Below are positions 58,299 to 64,000 of a DNA stretch of 64,000 nt, piece after piece (the first letter of the stretch is position 1; the number at the start of each line of letters is the position of its first letter). The notes under the pieces were generated by a model that saw only the letters and a program-made list of their open reading frames with translations, ran no database searches and had not been told where the DNA came from. The DNA is from an uncultured delta proteobacterium (GTDB lineage: Bacteria > Desulfobacterota > Binatia > UBA9968), in assembly GCA_963727625.1 (NCBI GenBank), contig CAVSHR010000004.1, forward strand, positions 160,001 to 224,000. The letters run 5' to 3'. Both the position numbers and the translations under genes were made by a program.

Positions 58299-59744
58299 AT
58301 GGCTAAGGATTTGAGAACGTTTATCGCCGACTGCGAGCGCCAGCTGCCGGGCGAAGTGATCCACATCAGCAAAGAAGTCAATCCGGCAAACTATGATGTC
58401 ACGGCGATCATCAAACATCTGGGAGCCCAGAAAAAGTTTCCCATCATTATTTTCGATAAGCCTTTGAACTTAAACGGCAAGGTCGGACCGATCAAACTGA
58501 CGATGAACTGCGAGATCTCGCAGGGAAAAACCCAAATTGCCTTGGGCATGCCGCGCAACGCCACCCGGCCGCAGATGGCGGAAAAATGTCTGGAAATGGA
58601 AGAGCATCGGGTGCGGCCGACGATCATAAGCAAGAAGGATGCGCCGATTAAAGAAAACACCATGGTCGGCAAGGATGTGGATCTGTATCAGATTCCGATC
58701 ATGCGCCACCACGAGATGGACGGCGGACCGTACATCGTCTTGTCGACGATCACAAAAGACCGCAAGTCGGGAATTTACAACCTGTCCTATCATCGCATGG
58801 AAGTGAAATCGAAGAACTCCACCGCGCTTTACGCCTCTCCGCGGCATCTTTGGAAAATTTTCAAGGACTACGAAGAAAACAACCTGGAGATGCCCGTCGC
58901 TACCGTCCTGGGGCATCACCCGGCGTTTCACATGGGCGCATGCTACAGCGGTCCTTTCGAAGTGAGTGAGTACGATGTTATCGGCGGCTATCTCGGTGAA
59001 CCGCTGCGCTTGGTCGCTTCGGAAACTTTCGGCGACGATTTGTTGATCCCGGCGGACGCCGAAGTGGTGATCGAGGGTGTGCTCAAACCCGGACACCGCG
59101 TCGTTGAAGGGCCATTCGGCGAGGCGCCGGGCTACCTCGGACCGCAGCGCTATACGACTTGTGTCGAGTATGAAGTGCGCGCGATCAACTATCGCAATGG
59201 CGCTATGTATCAGTCAGTGATCACGCCGGAAGGCGACAAGCCGTGGATGGATCTGCCGCGCGAAGGCGCTTACCTGCGCCGCTGCCGCGAGGCGATACCG
59301 AACGTGACCGCGGTGTGCAAGCAGGGGCGTCACGCGCACTACAATGTTTTTATCTCGATGAAAAAGATGTCGGAAGGGGACCCCGGCCGTGCCGCCGCTG
59401 CCGCGTTAACCTTCGATCACACCAAGAACGTCTTCGTTTTCGACGACGACATCGACGTGTTCAATCCGACCGACATTCTATGGGCAATCGCGACCCGGGT
59501 CCAGCCCCATCGCCAGGTGTCGATCCTGCAACCGCTGTTCCGCGGCAATTTCCTCGATCCTTCGTTGGTCGATGAGATCAAGACTTCCGGGATGATCATC
59601 GATGCCACCAAGCCGCTGGACCGGCCGTTTTCTCCGGTGTCGAAGTGTCCCGACGAAGCAATGGCGCGTATCAAGCTGGAAGATTACGTTCCGGGCGAAG
59701 TGCTGCAACATATTCCGATGGACCGAACGACCTATTGGGCGTAA
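58299..59744 (+). CDS. UbiD-family (prFMN-dependent) decarboxylase
   Basis: DGGPYI, YHR, PADAEVVIEG, EGPFGE, DDDIDV, WAIATR, IDAT. Confidence 0.9.
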   Translation: MAKDLRTFIADCERQLPGEVIHISKEVNPANYDVTAIIKHLGAQKKFPIIIFDKPLNLNGKVGPIKLTMNCEISQGKTQIALGMPRNATRPQMAEKCLEMEEHRVRPTIISKKDAPIKENTMVGKDVDLYQIPIMRHHEMDGGPYIVLSTITKDRKSGIYNLSYHRMEVKSKNSTALYASPRHLWKIFKDYEENNLEMPVATVLGHHPAFHMGACYSGPFEVSEYDVIGGYLGEPLRLVASETFGDDLLIPADAEVVIEGVLKPGHRVVEGPFGEAPGYLGPQRYTTCVEYEVRAINYRNGAMYQSVITPEGDKPWMDLPREGAYLRRCREAIPNVTAVCKQGRHAHYNVFISMKKMSEGDPGRAAAAALTFDHTKNVFVFDDDIDVFNPTDILWAIATRVQPHRQVSILQPLFRGNFLDPSLVDEIKTSGMIIDATKPLDRPFSPVSKCPDEAMARIKLEDYVPGEVLQHIPMDRTTYWA

Positions 59745-59792
59745 GCGGTTGCGGAAGCGAATTCTAGTTTAGGTTTTCAATGAGGAGGAACC

Positions 59793-59939
59793 ATGGGTCA
59801 AGCGGTCGAAATTACCTGTCCAAGCTGTAAGAAAGTATTTGTCGTTAATCCCCATATGCTCGGCTCGGGAATGAATTTTCACTGTCCGTTTTGCAATCTC
59901 TATTTTCCTGAAAAAGACAGCCCGAAAATCCGCAAATAA
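59793..59939 (+). CDS. 48-aa zinc-ribbon/rubredoxin-like micro-protein
   Basis: GAGGAGG SD; MGQAVEITCPSCKKVFVVNPHMLGSGMNFHCPFCNLYFPEKDSPKIRK*; below the ORF-track cutoff. Confidence 0.85.
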   Translation: MGQAVEITCPSCKKVFVVNPHMLGSGMNFHCPFCNLYFPEKDSPKIRK

Positions 59940-59947
59940 CGCGAGCC

Positions 59948-59983
59948 AGGCCGCGACGAGCGCTTCGCCGCGGCCTTTTTTTT
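59948..59983 (+). terminator. rho-independent terminator
   Basis: AGGCCGCG...CGCGGCC stem followed by T8. Confidence 0.8.
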
Positions 59984-62293
59984 ATGATGAAACCCAAGCA
60001 AGGCTATACGACAGCGGGAACCAGCGCGCATCGAGTCGACGGCGTCGAGAAGGTCACCGGCAAAGCGGTCTACACCAGCGATCTGCAGTTTCCCGGCATG
60101 GCCCATGCGCGGATTCTGCGCAGTCCGGTGGCCCATGCCAAGCTCGTGAAGGTCGACGCGTCCAGAGCGAAGGAGTTGCCCGGCGTCATCGCCACGCTGA
60201 CGCGCGATAATATCCAGGGGTTCAACTACAAGTACGGCGCGACTTACAAAGATCAATCCATCGTCGCCGTCGATAAGGTTCGCTACGTCGGCGATCCGGT
60301 GGCGGCGGTTTTGGCGGACGATCCGGCGACAGCGGAGCAGGCGCTGGAACTGATCGAGGTCGAGTACGAGGAGCTGCCCAAGGTCACCAATATCGAGGAG
60401 GCGACGGCTTCCGGTGCAGCGCTGGTGCACGAAGCCGGGGTGGCTCGAGCGGAGTTGCGCGGTTCGGTATACGGCGCGCCGGAAAGATTTAACGGCACGA
60501 ATATTTGCTACTATTTAACCTTCGGCCGGAGCGATGTGGAAAAGGGCTTCGCCAAGGCGGATCATATATTCGAAGATACCTTTCGTTTTCAAAAGGTTCA
60601 GCACTATTCGCTGGAAGCACATAACAACGTCGCTTACTACGACGGGGACAAGCTTACCATGTGGGCCTCTTGCCAGGACCCGTTTACCTTGCGCGATCAT
60701 CTCTCCGGCATTTTTCGCTTGCCGCTCAGCCACATACGGGTCATTGTCCGCTACGTCGGCGGCGGTTACGGCGGCAAGCTTTACGTCAAGGCCGAACCGA
60801 TCTCGGCGGCGCTCACCTGGATGACGCGCAGACCGGTGAAGCTCCAGCTGTCGGTCAACGAAAGCTTCAAGACCGTGACCCGGCACCCGGCGCGCGTCAC
60901 GGTAAAAAGCGGGGTTACCAACGACGGCAAGCTGATCGCCCGCGAGTGCCAGGTTTACATGGACACCGGCGCCTACGCCGATGCCGGTCCACGGGTCACG
61001 CAGAAGGCGGCTTATCGATCCCTCGGTCCGTACAAAATTCCCTACGCCAAAGTCGAAGCGTACGGTGTTTACACCAATACCGTGCCGGCCGGGGCCTTCC
61101 GCGGTTTCGGCGCGCTGCAGGTCACTTGGGCCTACGAATCGCAGATGGACATGATCGCCGAGCGGCTGGGCCTCGATCCGCTGGAATTTCGCTTGAAGAA
61201 TTTGCTCAAGAAGGGCGATGTTTATACGACAGGCGACACGCCGGTGGACTGCGATCTCGAAGAGGGGCTTTTAAAAGTTGCCGACGCCATCCGCTGGAAG
61301 GAGAAAAGCGCCAAACCCAATCGCGCCAAGGGCATCAGCTGCTGCATCAAAGACGCCGGCGGCACTTACAAGGTAGCCGGTGCCACGGTCAAAATGTCAT
61401 CGGACGGCAGCGTGGTCTTGCTCACCGGAACCGTCGAAGTGGGCCAGGGAGCGCGGACCGCGTTGAGCCAGGTGGTGGCCGAAGAACTTTCCATGCCCAT
61501 GGAGCAAATCAGTGTCGCCCAGCTTGATACCGACGTGACGCCCTACGACATTTCCACCAGCGCCAGCAGCTCGATGGTTGTTATGGGTACGGCGGTGTTG
61601 CGCGCCGCCGAAGACGCCAAGAAGCAGTTGCTACAATGTGCCGCAAAGGTTCTCAAACAAAAAATAAGCAACCTCAGGTTGCACAACGGTCACGTCGTCG
61701 TGGGCGAAGGTCCGGCCCTTTCGTTCAGTAAAGTGATTGTTGACTTCTTTGGCAGCAAGGCCGGAGAAATCATTGGGAAAGGTCTCTACAAAGACAAGCG
61801 CAACGCCAAAGCGGTTTTGGGCTCGACGACAACCTTTTGGGAAGTGGGCTGGGGCGGAGTCGAAGTCGAAGTGGACCCGGAAACCGGCGTCATCCAACTG
61901 CTCAATTACGTTTCCGCCTGTGACGCGGGCAAGGCGATCAATCCCGAACAGTGCATCGGCCAGGATGAGGGCGCCGTCATGTTCGGTATCGGCCACACAC
62001 TGATGGAGGAAATGGTTTACGAAGATGGCCAGTTATTAAACGGCAATCTGGTCGACTACCGAGTGCCACGATTCGACGATCTACCCGCAGGGTTGCACAC
62101 GATCCTGATAGAAAACGGCAATGGCCCGGGGCCGTTCGGCTCGAAGGGAATCGGTGAAGGCGGGCTTTTGCCGGTGGCCTCGGCGGTAGCCAACGCGGTA
62201 TCACGAGCGGTCGGCGTACGCATCCAGGAACTGCCTTTGACGCCGCCCAAGGTCTGGCGTGCGCTCCAAACTAAAGCAGCTGGTAATGTTTAA
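59984..62293 (+). CDS. xanthine dehydrogenase family molybdopterin-binding subunit
   Basis: KVTG, GGGYGGK, GAYAD, AFRGFG, EVGQG, SKGIGE. Confidence 0.92.
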   Translation: MMKPKQGYTTAGTSAHRVDGVEKVTGKAVYTSDLQFPGMAHARILRSPVAHAKLVKVDASRAKELPGVIATLTRDNIQGFNYKYGATYKDQSIVAVDKVRYVGDPVAAVLADDPATAEQALELIEVEYEELPKVTNIEEATASGAALVHEAGVARAELRGSVYGAPERFNGTNICYYLTFGRSDVEKGFAKADHIFEDTFRFQKVQHYSLEAHNNVAYYDGDKLTMWASCQDPFTLRDHLSGIFRLPLSHIRVIVRYVGGGYGGKLYVKAEPISAALTWMTRRPVKLQLSVNESFKTVTRHPARVTVKSGVTNDGKLIARECQVYMDTGAYADAGPRVTQKAAYRSLGPYKIPYAKVEAYGVYTNTVPAGAFRGFGALQVTWAYESQMDMIAERLGLDPLEFRLKNLLKKGDVYTTGDTPVDCDLEEGLLKVADAIRWKEKSAKPNRAKGISCCIKDAGGTYKVAGATVKMSSDGSVVLLTGTVEVGQGARTALSQVVAEELSMPMEQISVAQLDTDVTPYDISTSASSSMVVMGTAVLRAAEDAKKQLLQCAAKVLKQKISNLRLHNGHVVVGEGPALSFSKVIVDFFGSKAGEIIGKGLYKDKRNAKAVLGSTTTFWEVGWGGVEVEVDPETGVIQLLNYVSACDAGKAINPEQCIGQDEGAVMFGIGHTLMEEMVYEDGQLLNGNLVDYRVPRFDDLPAGLHTILIENGNGPGPFGSKGIGEGGLLPVASAVANAVSRAVGVRIQELPLTPPKVWRALQTKAAGNV

Positions 62294-62360
62294 CTTGAGA
62301 TTAACTAAAGTGCTGCTTTAGCATCTTGTCGGTCCGCTTTTTTCCCACATTTGATCGAAC

Positions 62361-62864
62361 TCATAGATCGAGAACCTCGCCGCAATTTTTGCAAGTGGCC
62401 AGAGCCGGATCGCTTTTGAGTGAGTCCGTGGCCTTCTTCACCGCATCTCCCGGATCGTCGAAGCGAACCTCAGTCTCATAAAGCCTGTTGCCGCATTTTT
62501 CGCATGGCCAGATGAATCGGTCGCTCTCGGCTTCGCTGCGCCTGCGTTCAACGACAAAAGTCCAAGACCCATTGGCGCGCCGCGGCGAGTGCGGCACGTG
62601 ACCCGGCATCAGAAACAAATCTCCCGACTTTAGGACAGCGAGATTCGGCTTACCGTCGTTTAAATAATGCAGGTTAAGCTCGCCTTCGAGCTGATAAAAA
62701 ATTTCATCGCCGGGATTGATGTGAAAATCCTTGCGCCGGTTGGGCCCGCGGGTGACGAAAGCGATGAAGTCCGAGTCCTGCCAAATGACCCGGCGCTGTC
62801 CCCAGTCGCCGCGGTTTTCATCGATCCATTTTTGCAGATTGAAGCCTTTTAAATGAGGAAACAT
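62361..62864 (-). CDS. nbaC: 3-hydroxyanthranilate 3,4-dioxygenase-like cupin
   Basis: GPNRRKDFH, EIFYQLEG, VPHSPRR, VVERRR, CEKC/CKNC rubredoxin-like site. Confidence 0.85.
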   Translation of the reverse strand: MFPHLKGFNLQKWIDENRGDWGQRRVIWQDSDFIAFVTRGPNRRKDFHINPGDEIFYQLEGELNLHYLNDGKPNLAVLKSGDLFLMPGHVPHSPRRANGSWTFVVERRRSEAESDRFIWPCEKCGNRLYETEVRFDDPGDAVKKATDSLKSDPALATCKNCGEVLDL

Positions 62865-62931
62865 AAAGCCTCCCTTACAGGATTATCACTATAGAATTGC
62901 GCCGCGAGGGGAATCAAGCTAAATCAGGCGA

Positions 62932-63090
62932 GTGCAATCCGTACAGAAAAAACGCGTGACGCTCGCTGTGGGGCGAGTCGGTGTAATTTCTGATACCCAC
63001 GGTCTGCTCCGGCCCGAAGCGCTTGCGGCATTGAAAGGCTCTGAGCTGATCATCCACGCGCAGGCGACATCGATAAGCCGGGAAGTGTTG
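62932..63090 (+). pseudogene. YfcE-like metallophosphoesterase N-terminal fragment
   Basis: VGVISDTHGLLRPEA...IIHA then frameshifted GDI; truncated. Confidence 0.78.
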
Positions 63091-63265
63091 GAGTCCGAGA
63101 CCGGGCTTTACTCATTACGGCGGCCGGTATTACGACGCCGAGACCGGGAGGTTTGTCTCCGCCGATCCCTTCGTCCAGACGATCTTCGATCCGCAAAACC
63201 TTAACCGCTACAGCTACGTCGTCAACAACCCCCAGAACTACATCGATCCGGACGGGTATTTCCAG
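63091..63265 (+). pseudogene. RHS repeat-associated core C-terminal fragment
   Basis: ETGLY/YGGRYYDAETGRFVSADP...NRYSYVVNNPQNYIDPDG. Confidence 0.85.
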
Positions 63266-63277
63266 GAGGAGGGGGGA

Positions 63278-64000
63278 GGGGTCAGGCCTGAGTATTGATT
63301 TATTTGACATTGAGTCTTCTCCACTGATACGGTGCCGGCATGGCGCGAAAGCCCCGAGTCGAGTTTGACGGCGCCTTCTACCACGTCATCGTACGCGGTA
63401 ACCAGCGCCAGAGGACCTTTCACGACGAGCACGACCGCCAGAGCTACCTCCAACGCATCGAGTACTATCGCCAGCGCTACGGCTTTCGGCTCTATGCTTA
63501 CGTCTTGATGGCCAACCACGTCCACATCCTGATCCAGACCAAGCGCGTTGGACTGTCCAAGATCATGCAGGGGATCCAAGGAAGCTACACCCAGATATTC
63601 AACCGCCGCCACCGCAAGGTCGGCCACCTGTTTCAAGGCCGCTACAAGGCGATCCTCTGTGACCGCGACGCCTACCTGCTTGAACTGGTGCGCTATATCC
63701 ATCTCAATCCGGCTCGATTGAAAGTCCCCGAGAATCCGTGGCGCTATCGCTGGAGCAGCCACGGGGCGTATCTGGGCAAACCGGCTGCCGTCAAAGTCGA
63801 CACCGAAGCAACGCTTGGCCAGTTTGGCTCGACCCTGGGAGCCGCCCGGCGGGGGTACCAGAGGTTTATCGAAGACGGGTTCAAACAGGGGCATAACGAA
63901 AAGTACTATGAGACCATCGACCAGCGCTTTTTGGGTGAAGAGCGATTTTTAAGCAAGGTGGCAGAGCGTAGCGAAGCCAGAGAAGTTGAGATAAGGGGAA
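63278..64000 (+). mobile_element. RAYT (Y1 HUH) transposase element, runs off the window; CDS from ATG 63340
   Basis: GGGGTCAG motif, TTGACA; MARKPR...YHVIVRGN...LMANHVH...GRYKAIL...YIHLNP...WSSH. Confidence 0.88.

Noticed and set aside
43451-61527. Long alternative-frame ORFs (43451..44434, 46745..47767, 48252..49250, 52307..53350, 60661..61527; also 8276..9079, 63238..63894)
   Set aside because: Antisense or frame shadows of well-supported genes, expected with GC-rich codon bias; no recognisable motifs.
1-64000. Genome-wide UGA reassignment (code 4 or 25) as the explanation for in-frame TGAs
   Set aside because: Many intact genes end at TGA at the expected length (e.g. 3931, 10212, 47833, 57058), and Trp is encoded by TGG.

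Overview
GC-rich bacterial chromosome window. The many orphan SsuA/THI5-like binding proteins, amidohydrolases, Tct transporters and xanthine-dehydrogenase-family Mo subunits suggest a Candidatus Binatota/'Deltaproteobacteria'-like organism (inference only). Layout: (1) 0.1-18 kb metabolic and transport genes; (2) about 18-39 kb a decayed, AT-richer island zone ending at tRNA-Glu/tRNA-Lys, with nested IS remnants, a DISARM drmD fragment, a group II intron 3' half, surface-glycan genes and an integrase remnant; (3) 39.5-62.9 kb an opp operon interrupted by a biotin carboxylase triad, then a long putative aromatic/N-heterocycle catabolic cluster; (4) a YfcE/RHS/RAYT scar at the right edge. The main result, missed by the ORF track, is two probable selenoprotein genes bracketing a tight four-gene + strand run (6046-8239). 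One is a DUF411-type metal-binding protein whose C-G-C-C motif reads UGA-G-C-C. The other is a 73-aa micro-protein with two in-frame UGAs (U-H-S-N-U). Each is followed by a SECIS-like hairpin at the expected distance. Other genes the ORF track missed or truncated: a BFD-like protein needing a non-canonical start and a 48-aa zinc-ribbon partner of a UbiD-family decarboxylase.
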